Positions 47,482-56,077 of a stretch of 64,000 nt of DNA are shown one piece after another. The stretch's first letter is position 1; every line of letters starts with the position of its first letter. A model generated the notes under the pieces. It did no database searches, had not been told where the DNA came from, and saw nothing but the letters and a program-made list of their open reading frames with translations. The translations under genes were made by a program, and so were the position numbers. The stretch comes from Escherichia phage JS10: the sequence record EU863409. The stretch is one strand, 5' to 3'.

Positions 47482-48462
47482 TTATTTCAGAAGGGTAACT
47501 TCGGCGATTTCGCTCCAGTCATTTTTATCGGTGGCAATGAAGTCCGCCAGATAAAGAGCTGTACGTAATGATACGTTACGAAGACGAGATACATTGGCCT
47601 TCATCCATGCTAGAGCTTGATAAGTCTCGGCATCAGTCAGACCTCGGTTTTGCATCATATCGGTGGACAGGATAACGTCTTCAACACGAACCATAATCTC
47701 TTCGTTCGAGTGAACTCCGAGGTCTAAGTAAACTGAACGAGATACTAAAGCCTGGAGGTGTGGAGCAAGTTTAGTGCCACGTTCTAATTCACGGTCAATA
47801 TCAACGTTGGTGATGAATACGATGGTGCCTTCATATTCGAATTCTTTATCGATATTTTTATCATCGAGATAAGAACTTGAAGTGCTCCAGCACACCTTAC
47901 GTTTCTCACCGGTATCCAATGCGGCTTTCAGAAGGTTCAGGATATCCATGTCAGAGAATACATCAACATCATCAATAAGAAGAACACTATTAGGGCCGCG
48001 GTTATTCCAAAGTTGCTCGTAAAGACCGATTCCACTAATCTTTCCGTTGATTGATTTATATTCGATAGTTTCATTTTCGTGGGCATTTTGTAATGCTTTA
48101 TCCAAAGAGTATGTTTTACCAATACCTGCGGCACCAGAGATGATAAGGGAACGAATTTTACCATCAATGATTCCGTTAGTCATCATGTTCATTACTTTAA
48201 AACGTTTGTTGATGCGATGTTTCATTTCTTCAGCAGATTCAGTAACCATTGCAGGAGCTTCAGCACCTTCCATTTCAACGTCACATTTGAACACCCATAC
48301 ACCACGTTCAACACCATCAATCTGTACAAATACCTTGCCATCACCGAGGTGAGCTTCAGATTCATGAATTTTATTAGGGAACCAGGTTTTACCTGAACTC
48401 ATGAACGTACCAGAGATTTCATTACCGCGATAGATACCTTTGTTGATTTTGATAGTTAACAT
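47482..48462 (-). CDS. AAA-type ATPase
   Basis: Walker A GAAGIGKT and Walker B VLLIDDVD; ATG at 48460-48462 with AAGGAG RBS (track start is an upstream GTG). Confidence 0.6.
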   Translation of the reverse strand: MLTIKINKGIYRGNEISGTFMSSGKTWFPNKIHESEAHLGDGKVFVQIDGVERGVWVFKCDVEMEGAEAPAMVTESAEEMKHRINKRFKVMNMMTNGIIDGKIRSLIISGAAGIGKTYSLDKALQNAHENETIEYKSINGKISGIGLYEQLWNNRGPNSVLLIDDVDVFSDMDILNLLKAALDTGEKRKVCWSTSSSYLDDKNIDKEFEYEGTIVFITNVDIDRELERGTKLAPHLQALVSRSVYLDLGVHSNEEIMVRVEDVILSTDMMQNRGLTDAETYQALAWMKANVSRLRNVSLRTALYLADFIATDKNDWSEIAEVTLLK

Positions 48463-48485
48463 TTTATTCTCCTTCACTCAGTAGA

Positions 48486-48526
48486 TTTGATAGGTCTATA
48501 ATAACATGTTTAAAGCAGATGTACAC
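48486..48526 (-). promoter_or_regulatory. early-promoter cassette, copy 1 of a duplicated pair
   Basis: gataggtctataataacatgtttaaagcagatgtacac; same 38-nt string recurs at 48797-48838. Confidence 0.5.
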
Positions 48527-48528
48527 AC

Positions 48529-48759
48529 TTATTTTGCAATAATTTCACAGAAGCCATCTTTATAGCGGGCCCATGTTTCACCATTTACTGTATAAAGAGC
48601 AGCTTTACGACCATTAGGCATAACAACTTGTTTACCTTTGTTTTTAGTTACAGCTTCAATAATTTCGTATTCTTCAGCACGATCAGCTTTAAAGGTATCT
48701 TCCAGAGCGATCAAGTTAGTAGTGTAAGAACCGTATTTGTAATTTTTGATAGCGTACAT
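48529..48759 (-). CDS. hypothetical protein
   Basis: 76-aa ORF flanked by two identical promoter cassettes. Confidence 0.5.
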   Translation of the reverse strand: MYAIKNYKYGSYTTNLIALEDTFKADRAEEYEIIEAVTKNKGKQVVMPNGRKAALYTVNGETWARYKDGFCEIIAK

Positions 48760-48796
48760 TTTTATATCTCCGTTTGGTTTAAGTTTTCAGCTCTTT

Positions 48797-48838
48797 AGCT
48801 GATAGGTCTATAATAACATGTTTAAAGCAGATGTACAC
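48797..48838 (-). promoter_or_regulatory. early-promoter cassette, copy 2
   Basis: identical core to 48486-48526. Confidence 0.5.
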
Positions 48839-48858
48839 TACTTTTTTGCACTAAACCC

Positions 48859-48882
48859 AAAAAAGGCCCGAAGGCCTTTTAT
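48859..48882 (-). terminator. UUCG-loop terminator
   Basis: aaaaaaggcccgaaggcctttt. Confidence 0.55.
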
Positions 48883-49892
48883 CATTTATAATACGAGTTA
48901 TGGTTTTCTAGGTAAACCTGCTCAACGAACTTGTCCCAGAACTTCATGTCCACCTTCGCAGGCATACCATTCTTAGCTGCCCAGATGGCATTGGTTTCGA
49001 CTTCATCAACTATAGCTTCGAGCTCAGCCTGTACATCTTTAAAAGCATGTAGCCCTTGTTTGATTTCAAGGATAAATGGTGCTGTTCGTAAAGGATATTG
49101 AAGGTCGCCGGTCATATAGATTTCCTTCAACTGATATCCAGCACGATAAGCATGGCTCAGAGCTTTCCAATCAATGCCTTCATTAGCTTCGGCCTTACGA
49201 GCACGTTCACCATATTCAGCATCAAGTTTATTCAGAGATTGCTTAAGCTCGATTAATGACAAAGTAGTTTGGTACTTACGTCCGAGGACAGTATAGAACG
49301 TTTGAGGACCTGTTTTCTCATGGTTATGAAATACCCATTCACAGAACTCGTTTTCAGGAAGTCGATGTTTGATATCTTCTACCTTAGTGCGACGTTGCTT
49401 AGTAGAACCATCTTCTTGATAATCAACCCACTGTTCAGGAATCTGGTTAACGATAGCCAGTACACCACGCAGAGCAGCCAGACGAGAACCCTTAACACCA
49501 TATTTAGAAGCTTGCTTACGGACGTACCCTAAATAGGCTTTCATGTTAGTTGTATAGAAACGCGAACGGTTATCTTGGATAAATTTCCATACATCAGGTA
49601 AATCAGATTTAACCACCATTTCGGGTGGAGTGTGGAGCATATCCAGAGCAACGGTTTCGCCATCAGCAGCCAGTTTAAAGAAATATTTCAGGCTGTAAAG
49701 CTCATGGTCAACATCATCTTTAGTGTTTTTGGAAGCAGTGTTATTCGTGTTCAGGTTGGTATGGTTCATTGCCGTACCTAACAGAATATCACGCGGATGT
49801 GGAACAAAGATTTCTTTAAAATCGACATCAGATTCCGGAGTACTTGTTCCATAAAGATGGCTACCGAAGTAGCCTTTCATAACTGTTCTCAT
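48882..49892 (-). CDS. nucleotidyltransferase-fold protein (Pol-beta-like)
   Basis: GYFGSHLYGTSTPESDVDFKEIF (hG[GS]...D-x-D); start placed at ATG 49890-49892 forming ATGA overlap with upstream gene. Confidence 0.5.
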   Translation of the reverse strand: MRTVMKGYFGSHLYGTSTPESDVDFKEIFVPHPRDILLGTAMNHTNLNTNNTASKNTKDDVDHELYSLKYFFKLAADGETVALDMLHTPPEMVVKSDLPDVWKFIQDNRSRFYTTNMKAYLGYVRKQASKYGVKGSRLAALRGVLAIVNQIPEQWVDYQEDGSTKQRRTKVEDIKHRLPENEFCEWVFHNHEKTGPQTFYTVLGRKYQTTLSLIELKQSLNKLDAEYGERARKAEANEGIDWKALSHAYRAGYQLKEIYMTGDLQYPLRTAPFILEIKQGLHAFKDVQAELEAIVDEVETNAIWAAKNGMPAKVDMKFWDKFVEQVYLENHNSYYK

Positions 49893-50341
49893 TCTTTGTT
49901 CTCGAAGTGAATTACAGGACACATCTTAGATTTACGAGCTTTAATGTATTGGACGACGATATTTTCTTTAGTTTCTCGGCCTTCACGCTCAGCTTGAATA
50001 CGTTGCCATTCCTTTTCTTCTCTACGTGCATCATACCACGCGTGTAAATTCATCGCACCTAATGCCAAACCAATGGATAGAGCAATAATAAGAGCTATTG
50101 CAATCAACCCTAAAACAAACCCTAGACTCAACAGAACAGGAGTACTTAATACAAAGAAATGCTCTAATACACCAGCTCCTGCAACAGTTAATCCAAAAAG
50201 CGTACTACCTGCAACAACAGCACAAGCAAAACAAGCCCAAACCATTTTCCAGAAATAAGCACACAAAGAGTGTGGTCGAGAATGACGGTCATAAAAACGG
50301 TCGTGTAATTTAACGTGCCAAGAGTTTGAATTGATAATCAT
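49889..50341 (-). CDS. membrane protein
   Basis: 150 aa with several hydrophobic helices. Confidence 0.5.
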   Translation of the reverse strand: MIINSNSWHVKLHDRFYDRHSRPHSLCAYFWKMVWACFACAVVAGSTLFGLTVAGAGVLEHFFVLSTPVLLSLGFVLGLIAIALIIALSIGLALGAMNLHAWYDARREEKEWQRIQAEREGRETKENIVVQYIKARKSKMCPVIHFENKE

Positions 50342-50351
50342 AATATTTTCC

Positions 50352-50912
50352 TTAAGGGTTCATAGTTGGGATAACAGAGTTCAGATAAGAGACTAAAACT
50401 TTTAGCTCGTCTTTAGTAAATACCACTTCATTTTCACCGTCGTGTCTTTGGGTCAAGGATAGCAAATCACGACCCTGGTGTTGATACACGGATAATTCGG
50501 TATCATAATCCAGTTCTTCTTCATCACCTTCAAATGTTTCACTAGAACGAATCACCGCATCTTGACCTGGAACTTTCCATTCAACTTCAGGCTTGCATTC
50601 TTCCTGGAACAGTTTAAAAATACATTTAAAGAAATTACTAGAATTCCTAATGCTTAGACATTCAGTATCAGTTTCGATATTAAATCCGTCTTCATTTTTA
50701 TAAATTTGGGCCCATACATCGTCGTTAATATCAAACGATGCTCTATGGCGTCCATCAAGATACCCATCTTTATCCAAAACCTTTAAATCATAAAGTGGTT
50801 TAATATCTTGGATAGTTAGTACGATTTTATCGTCTTCTTGTGAAAGCACAATTGCATTATCAACTACTTCAGCGGTCAGTTCACCAAACAATTCAGTTGT
50901 TTCAATAATCAT
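50352..50912 (-). CDS. hypothetical acidic protein
   Basis: 186-aa ORF. Confidence 0.5.
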   Translation of the reverse strand: MIIETTELFGELTAEVVDNAIVLSQEDDKIVLTIQDIKPLYDLKVLDKDGYLDGRHRASFDINDDVWAQIYKNEDGFNIETDTECLSIRNSSNFFKCIFKLFQEECKPEVEWKVPGQDAVIRSSETFEGDEEELDYDTELSVYQHQGRDLLSLTQRHDGENEVVFTKDELKVLVSYLNSVIPTMNP

Positions 50913-50922
50913 TTTCTGTTCC

Positions 50923-51195
50923 TCAACGGTTATGTTTTAAAATACTATAAAGTTCTTCGACTTGGCTTGCATTCAGACAAATCATATCATTTTCTTGTTG
51001 GAGCGTGATTCCGCCTTTTTCTTCCCAATCTTTAACAAAGATGTCATCGTCAGACTCTTCAACATCTGCCAAAAGGACAATAATACCGTCTTCAGAATTA
51101 CCACTTGGGTCGTATAACATTACAGTTTCCTCGCTAGCCATGAAAAGAATAAACCTATTAAAACTGGACCAATAAGCATTGTAAGCCAAGCCCAA
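50923..51195 (-). CDS. hypothetical protein
   Basis: 90-aa ORF. Confidence 0.45.
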   Translation of the reverse strand: MGLAYNAYWSSFNRFILFMASEETVMLYDPSGNSEDGIIVLLADVEESDDDIFVKDWEEKGGITLQQENDMICLNASQVEELYSILKHNR

Positions 51196-51211
51196 GGTTC
51201 AAGATAGTAAA

Positions 51212-51469
51212 TCATCTCATGCTCCTGTGCCAACAGTTACGTGGCTCACGTTTAAAAATTTCATCATGCATTGACTGACAACCTATACAATATATCACAC
51301 CTTTGATAGCTTGACGTCGTGCTTCAGGAATCTCTTCATCACAATCAAAACAATATTTAGCCGATTCACGTTCAACTGCTACTTGCTTACGGGCGTGTAC
51401 TATAGCGGCCTGAACGACCGCTTCCATTTCGAGCTGTTCAGCTCCGTCCTTAGCAAATCCAACAGCCAT
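51212..51469 (-). CDS. DksA/TraR-family C4 zinc-finger protein
   Basis: CFDCDEEIPEARR...CIGCQ (C-x2-C-x16-C-x2-C with the IPxxRR signature). Confidence 0.55.
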   Translation of the reverse strand: MAVGFAKDGAEQLEMEAVVQAAIVHARKQVAVERESAKYCFDCDEEIPEARRQAIKGVIYCIGCQSMHDEIFKREPRNCWHRSMR

Positions 51470-51651
51470 TATGCTTTCAACTCATTAAGATACTCAACCA
51501 ATGCTGCTTTAGAGTTAGTCAAATCTCTTTTACACTGCTCTATTCCAGAATATGAATAACCTTCGCAATATTCAACAGCTAGGTCATTGGAGGCGTTTTC
51601 AATATGCTGGGCGAGTTTAATAATTTTCTCAATCTGTTCGGTAGTTAACAT
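51469..51651 (-). CDS. hypothetical protein
   Basis: 60-aa ORF. Confidence 0.4.
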   Translation of the reverse strand: MLTTEQIEKIIKLAQHIENASNDLAVEYCEGYSYSGIEQCKRDLTNSKAALVEYLNELKA

Positions 51652-51655
51652 AATA

Positions 51656-51892
51656 TCACCAGTATTTGTTGATAGTAGAAATTAATTCTTGGGCCTGGGT
51701 AGTCTTCAGTTTACATCCACAACCCTTTAATGTGTCTTTAAGGAGCCATGGTTCCTTGAGCTCGTCCTTTTCTAGACGAATTCTGTATCCTCGATAATCG
51801 GCAAAGATACTTCGGTCGTCGAATATCTTAATCTCAAGGATACGACCGTTGATTTCATATTCTAATGAAACCGTAGTACTTGTAAGTTTCAT
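51656..51892 (-). CDS. hypothetical protein
   Basis: 78-aa ORF downstream of a promoter cassette. Confidence 0.45.
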   Translation of the reverse strand: MKLTSTTVSLEYEINGRILEIKIFDDRSIFADYRGYRIRLEKDELKEPWLLKDTLKGCGCKLKTTQAQELISTINKYW

Positions 51893-51908
51893 ACTGTTCT
51901 CCTCATTA

Positions 51909-51949
51909 GTTGATAGGTCTATAGTATCACGTTCCTAGAGGATGTAAAC
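51909..51949 (-). promoter_or_regulatory. early-promoter cassette
   Basis: gttgataggtctatagtatcacg...gtaaac. Confidence 0.6.
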
Positions 51950-51960
51950 ACTAAAACGAA

Positions 51961-51986
51961 AAAAGGTCCCACCGAAGTGGGACCTT
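51961..51986 (-). terminator. hairpin terminator
   Basis: aaaaaggtcccaccgaagtgggaccttt. Confidence 0.5.
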
Positions 51987-51989
51987 TGA

Positions 51990-52376
51990 TTATTCTAACG
52001 TTAACAAATACTTAGTCTGGTAAAAGACACCAGTGATGTCGTCCAAAGTCGATTGGATGGCCTTAGGAAGATTTTTGTAGATTTTATCAGACGCTTTAAT
52101 AAGTTCATCAAGAAAATCTATGGGGTCTTTAGGCAGTTCTGAAGCAGATGGTAGTGATGCTTTATATTCTTTGCCACTAAATCCTAAATACTGTTCACTG
52201 AACTGGTCTAGTGGTCCTTGAACTTCTGTATAATAGAAGTCATATGCTTTGTGTCTTGCATAGCTTTTGGTTTCCAAATGGGCTGACTTAAAATAGGCTA
52301 AAGAAACCAACAGCCAACCAATATAAGAATCTACTTCAGTCCCTCGACTAAGTACGAAATCATTGAATTTCATCAT
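51990..52376 (-). CDS. hypothetical protein
   Basis: 128-aa ORF. Confidence 0.5.
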   Translation of the reverse strand: MMKFNDFVLSRGTEVDSYIGWLLVSLAYFKSAHLETKSYARHKAYDFYYTEVQGPLDQFSEQYLGFSGKEYKASLPSASELPKDPIDFLDELIKASDKIYKNLPKAIQSTLDDITGVFYQTKYLLTLE

Positions 52377-52653
52377 CTACCTTCATTAGTTTAGCGTATC
52401 GTTCTCCGATAGCCCGACCTTCAATCGAGCAAGACTCTATTGTATTGCAATTTGAAATTTTCCAAGAAGCAGTTACATAAGCCCAGTAGTCTTCGGAGGC
52501 CTTTACACTAGGTTTACTCATTTGCGCATAAACTGGCATCGCACTACTAGCAAAGGCGTCCATCAATTTAGGGTCGGATTTGTTTGCTAGTGAAGATGTT
52601 GGGCTTAAACATCCAATCATAAGGATACAAGCCACTGTACGGAAAATACCCAT
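52360..52653 (-). CDS. rI: lysis-inhibition regulator rI (periplasmic antiholin)
   Basis: 97 aa with signal-anchor N-terminus; resembles T4 rI in size and C-terminal Cys-containing region; correct position upstream of tk. Confidence 0.6.
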   Translation of the reverse strand: MGIFRTVACILMIGCLSPTSSLANKSDPKLMDAFASSAMPVYAQMSKPSVKASEDYWAYVTASWKISNCNTIESCSIEGRAIGERYAKLMKVDDEIQ

Positions 52654-52746
52654 ACAAAAGTCCTTTGTTATTTTATACGAATTTGCCTTTCGGCCTTAAC
52701 CGATAGCGATTACCAAAAGCTAAAGCTCTACGGTTAGTATTACTAT

Positions 52747-53025
52747 TTATAGCTTTTTAAGCTTACGACAATACGAATAGAACACGTCGTTAAAATTATA
52801 TTCAACCCAATTCCTCTGTATAGGCGAGGTAATGGAAAGCATATAATGCGCTTTAATTAAATCCATCCCATTTTTATTAGGGCATTCTTTATTATTAGCA
52901 TTATACGTCGCTGCTACAACTTCTATCTCTCTTTTGTAAGCCGCATCATCCATGATGGGCGAAAGAACAATATAAGAGATGGCCACAGCGAACGCTAGAA
53001 TTAAAATCTTTGAATTTAGGTCCAT
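52747..53025 (-). CDS. small membrane/secreted protein
   Basis: 92 aa with hydrophobic N-terminus. Confidence 0.45.
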   Translation of the reverse strand: MDLNSKILILAFAVAISYIVLSPIMDDAAYKREIEVVAATYNANNKECPNKNGMDLIKAHYMLSITSPIQRNWVEYNFNDVFYSYCRKLKKL

Positions 53026-53032
53026 AGTACCC

Positions 53033-53605
53033 TCAACTCGTTATTTCTATCCAGTGCTTCCTGCACAATGACACGTAAGAATCGTTGCCACCTATAGAAA
53101 CTTGGGCTCCGTCCTTAATTGCGACACCATCTTGGACCCTAGCAGTCATAGTAGCTTTACGGCCGCAATGGCACACACCTTTGTACTCAACGAGTTTATC
53201 TGCCGTAGCGAGTAATTCAGCAGAACCAGGAAACAGTTTACCCTGAAAATCAGTTCTTAGCCCGTAACACATAACTGGAACATTATAATTGTCTACTATC
53301 TTTGCCAGTTGTTTTATCTGTGCAGGTTCTAAGAACTGTGCTTCATCCACAAACACACAGTGGATATCTTTTTGAGATTCAGCCCAACGATAGAACTCGT
53401 ATAGGTCCATATCCGGAGTCACTGCATTAGCCTCTTGACTAATCCCTATACGAGACGAAATGGTATGGCTTGATTCTCTATTGTCTATCGCAGGCTTTAA
53501 AAGGAGCACGCCCATACCACGTTCTTTGTAGTTATGAGCTGCCGTTAGCAATGAAGCGGTCTTACCTGAGTTCATTGCCGCATAATGAAAATAAAGTTGA
53601 GCCAT
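53033..53605 (-). CDS. tk: thymidine kinase
   Basis: 190 aa; Walker A NSGKT, C-terminal zinc-binding Cys pairs (CHCGRKA...CRKH). Confidence 0.85.
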   Translation of the reverse strand: MAQLYFHYAAMNSGKTASLLTAAHNYKERGMGVLLLKPAIDNRESSHTISSRIGISQEANAVTPDMDLYEFYRWAESQKDIHCVFVDEAQFLEPAQIKQLAKIVDNYNVPVMCYGLRTDFQGKLFPGSAELLATADKLVEYKGVCHCGRKATMTARVQDGVAIKDGAQVSIGGNDSYVSLCRKHWIEITS

Positions 53606-53614
53606 ATTACCTTC

Positions 53615-53800
53615 TTAAAGCGTATTCACATAAGCTATTAATTCGTTTTCTTTCTCATCAAACCGATCAGCAAATTCTTCTTGCTGTTCGGGAGATAGCG
53701 GGCCATATTCATCGTAAAAAGCGTTTGCTTCTGTATGCTCATCCAAAAGCTCATGGATAAGCTCAAACAATCTACTTTTCTGACTAATACTTAAACTCAT
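53615..53800 (-). CDS. hypothetical acidic protein
   Basis: 61-aa ORF. Confidence 0.4.
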   Translation of the reverse strand: MSLSISQKSRLFELIHELLDEHTEANAFYDEYGPLSPEQQEEFADRFDEKENELIAYVNTL

Positions 53801-54024
53801 TTAGGTTCACCATATCGCACAAATTTAGGATGTTCGCAATAACCGGAATGAAAACCTTCACCCTTATGATTAGAACATCCTTTATTAGAACAGTACCACC
53901 AGTAATCAAATTCACATTCCATTTCATCGTTGCATAAAGCTGCGATTACCGGCCATTCACATTTTTCGCATTTAGCAGTTTTAAGAATTCGGGCTTGGCT
54001 CATAACCATTGCACCTTTAAGCAA
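53797..54024 (-). CDS. Cys-rich small protein
   Basis: 75 aa with multiple CxxC pairs. Confidence 0.45.
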   Translation of the reverse strand: MLKGAMVMSQARILKTAKCEKCEWPVIAALCNDEMECEFDYWWYCSNKGCSNHKGEGFHSGYCEHPKFVRYGEPK

Positions 54025-54212
54025 TATTCTTCTACATGCTGTTTACGTTTATTTTTATCTATAAAAGTATATTCAACGTATTCACCAATATACCATTTAT
54101 CGGTGTTATGCTGACTTTTTATAGGGCATTTAGTTACTCGGGTTTCGGTCCAGCGCCGAATAATTTCCGCTTTGTTTTTAGGGTCAAACGGATGCGGATA
54201 ATGGGCTTTCAT
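54000..54212 (-). CDS. hypothetical protein
   Basis: 70-aa ORF. Confidence 0.4.
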   Translation of the reverse strand: MKAHYPHPFDPKNKAEIIRRWTETRVTKCPIKSQHNTDKWYIGEYVEYTFIDKNKRKQHVEEYCLKVQWL

Positions 54213-54651
54213 AATCTACCACCACTAAATTAACATCAGGAGTAAACAAATTAATCAATTGATAAACCTTGTCCCAATCACCACCAGCAATACCACAACC
54301 AATGCGAGGAATATAAATTCTTGGTTTAAACAAAAGACCTTTTGCTTGTTGATTTAATTCTATCATACAGTTTACTAAAGCACCATAATCAAGATTAGGG
54401 CCTGGTTCGTATTGGGTGTATAAATTATAGCAAATTTGTCCATTATTACCTGTGGCTTGGGTATATGTTCCAAGTTTTGCTATATCACCTAAATAAGTGG
54501 TTTTATCGATAGCAAGAATAGGTGGATAAGCCTTAGCCAATTGTCCAGCTACACCTGAACCCATTGTGTGAAAGCAGTTACACCCGTGTGCAACATTATT
54601 GCCTTGAAGAAACAGGGCGACGATATCGCCCTTAATATAATCAATAATCAT
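54184..54651 (-). CDS. macro-domain-like protein
   Basis: 155 aa; VAHGCNCFHTMGSGVAGQLA resembles the macro-domain N-x-x-N...G-x-G-V-A-G ADP-ribose pocket. Confidence 0.5.
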   Translation of the reverse strand: MIIDYIKGDIVALFLQGNNVAHGCNCFHTMGSGVAGQLAKAYPPILAIDKTTYLGDIAKLGTYTQATGNNGQICYNLYTQYEPGPNLDYGALVNCMIELNQQAKGLLFKPRIYIPRIGCGIAGGDWDKVYQLINLFTPDVNLVVVDYESPLSASV

Positions 54652-55004
54652 TTAGAGTTTAGCCCTCGGTTGTAAGAGTCAACGAGTCTGTCTACCATAG
54701 ACGCGCACATTTCTTTGTACTTTTTATCAGATGGAACACATTCAGTAACGTTTAGACGTTGCTCGTATCTTTTAGAAAGAGTTTTCTCTTTCATTCGGCG
54801 ATGCTCGACGTCGTTCTGTCCATCTTTAAAAGCAGCTGTTATTTTTGAACTGAATTCAATAACACATTCAGTATTACTCGGATGACAATAATCTTTTGCT
54901 GTACGGGTGGCATACTCGACAATTGAATTATTTGTATCATCAACCTGTGATGCTAATACTCCCGGAGCAATCAACATAAGCGCTATAGTCATCTGTTTAA
55001 TCAT
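54648..55004 (-). CDS. secreted/periplasmic protein
   Basis: 118 aa with signal peptide. Confidence 0.5.
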   Translation of the reverse strand: MIKQMTIALMLIAPGVLASQVDDTNNSIVEYATRTAKDYCHPSNTECVIEFSSKITAAFKDGQNDVEHRRMKEKTLSKRYEQRLNVTECVPSDKKYKEMCASMVDRLVDSYNRGLNSK

Positions 55005-55544
55005 TTAATATACCGCCTCAAACATCTTTTTAGATTTTAGGTAATTGGCCTTTTCTAGAACTTCGGAAGCATATTTACTGCCTGCTTTGACATTCCAGCC
55101 CGCATTATAAGAAGCAATCGCTTTTCTCAGGTCACCTTTGTGAACATCAATCCAATAAGACAGTTCAATGTAGGCCCAAGAGGCACTGTTCTGTCGTTTT
55201 TGGACCATACGGATTATTTCTTTGTCTGTCATCTTCCAACCTACCTGTTTAACACGACTTCTTAACGTAGGCAAGTAATTTTGGAACATGCCATAAGCAT
55301 GGTGCTTATCTTTATTTAAACCCTGATTAATTCCGGCGGATGATTCTTGCCATAGTAATCCGGCCATGATATATCCTAATCCTTTTTGATTAGGGTTTTC
55401 TTTGAACTTTCCCGACTTTTGGTATTGTTCACCGAAAGCATACGCATAATGTAAATTATCGAGTTGTTCATTACTGAAAGTAGGCTCTACGCTATAGGCA
55501 GACATACTAACTGTCAATAGTAAAGTGGCTAATACTTTTTTCAT
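55005..55544 (-). CDS. secreted lytic-transglycosylase-like protein
   Basis: 179 aa; signal peptide; LLWQESSAG and AYGMFQ resemble the SLT-domain E-S and GLMQ motifs. Confidence 0.5.
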   Translation of the reverse strand: MKKVLATLLLTVSMSAYSVEPTFSNEQLDNLHYAYAFGEQYQKSGKFKENPNQKGLGYIMAGLLWQESSAGINQGLNKDKHHAYGMFQNYLPTLRSRVKQVGWKMTDKEIIRMVQKRQNSASWAYIELSYWIDVHKGDLRKAIASYNAGWNVKAGSKYASEVLEKANYLKSKKMFEAVY

Positions 55545-55556
55545 GAGACCTCATTA

Positions 55557-56015
55557 TTAAAGATAGATTACTTTCGTGCTGGTTTTACCTTCTAAACGTT
55601 TAGAGTTAACAAATGCCATACGACATTTTAATGAATACCCTTTATCAGGATGTTTACGATCTACGGTCATACCCAACCATAAGGTTTTATCGGTAATCTC
55701 GAGACGCAGTGGACGATACACTTTACCTGGGACAATTTCAGATTCTACGTCAGGAAGAGGCTCCTGGATTAAAAATTCATGGATTTCTTTAACATGATTG
55801 TGGAGCTTCTTGAACAAAGAGAAAACATATTTTTCGTCAATTTCACGTTGGATAGCACGGTCCAACAAGTGATTAGAGTACTTAATAAAGAAAGCTGGGA
55901 CACCGCTCTTAATGGCGGCTTTTTTGATGGACGCGTTAAGTTCACGAAATTCGGTTTCGAACTGACGACGTAATTTGTTGCGGCGGATGAATACTTCTGA
56001 ATTAATTTCTGACAT
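55557..56015 (-). CDS. regB: RegB endoribonuclease
   Basis: 152 aa; EVFIRRNKLRR-FE-EFR... and HLLDRAIQREID... blocks match T4 RegB. Confidence 0.85.
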   Translation of the reverse strand: MSEINSEVFIRRNKLRRQFETEFRELNASIKKAAIKSGVPAFFIKYSNHLLDRAIQREIDEKYVFSLFKKLHNHVKEIHEFLIQEPLPDVESEIVPGKVYRPLRLEITDKTLWLGMTVDRKHPDKGYSLKCRMAFVNSKRLEGKTSTKVIYL

Positions 56016-56031
56016 TTTGTAATCTCCTGTA

Positions 56032-56072
56032 GTTGATAGGTCTATAGTACCACGTCTACAGGAGATGTAAAC
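56032..56072 (-). promoter_or_regulatory. early-promoter cassette
   Basis: gttgataggtctatagtacca...gtaaac. Confidence 0.6.
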
Positions 56073-56077
56073 TGCTT

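Noticed and set aside
52744-52751. TATAAATA late-promoter motif about 90 nt upstream of rI
   Set aside because: An 8-mer of this composition is expected by chance a few times in an AT-rich 64-kb window; the leader would be unusually long and no RBS-hairpin context is present
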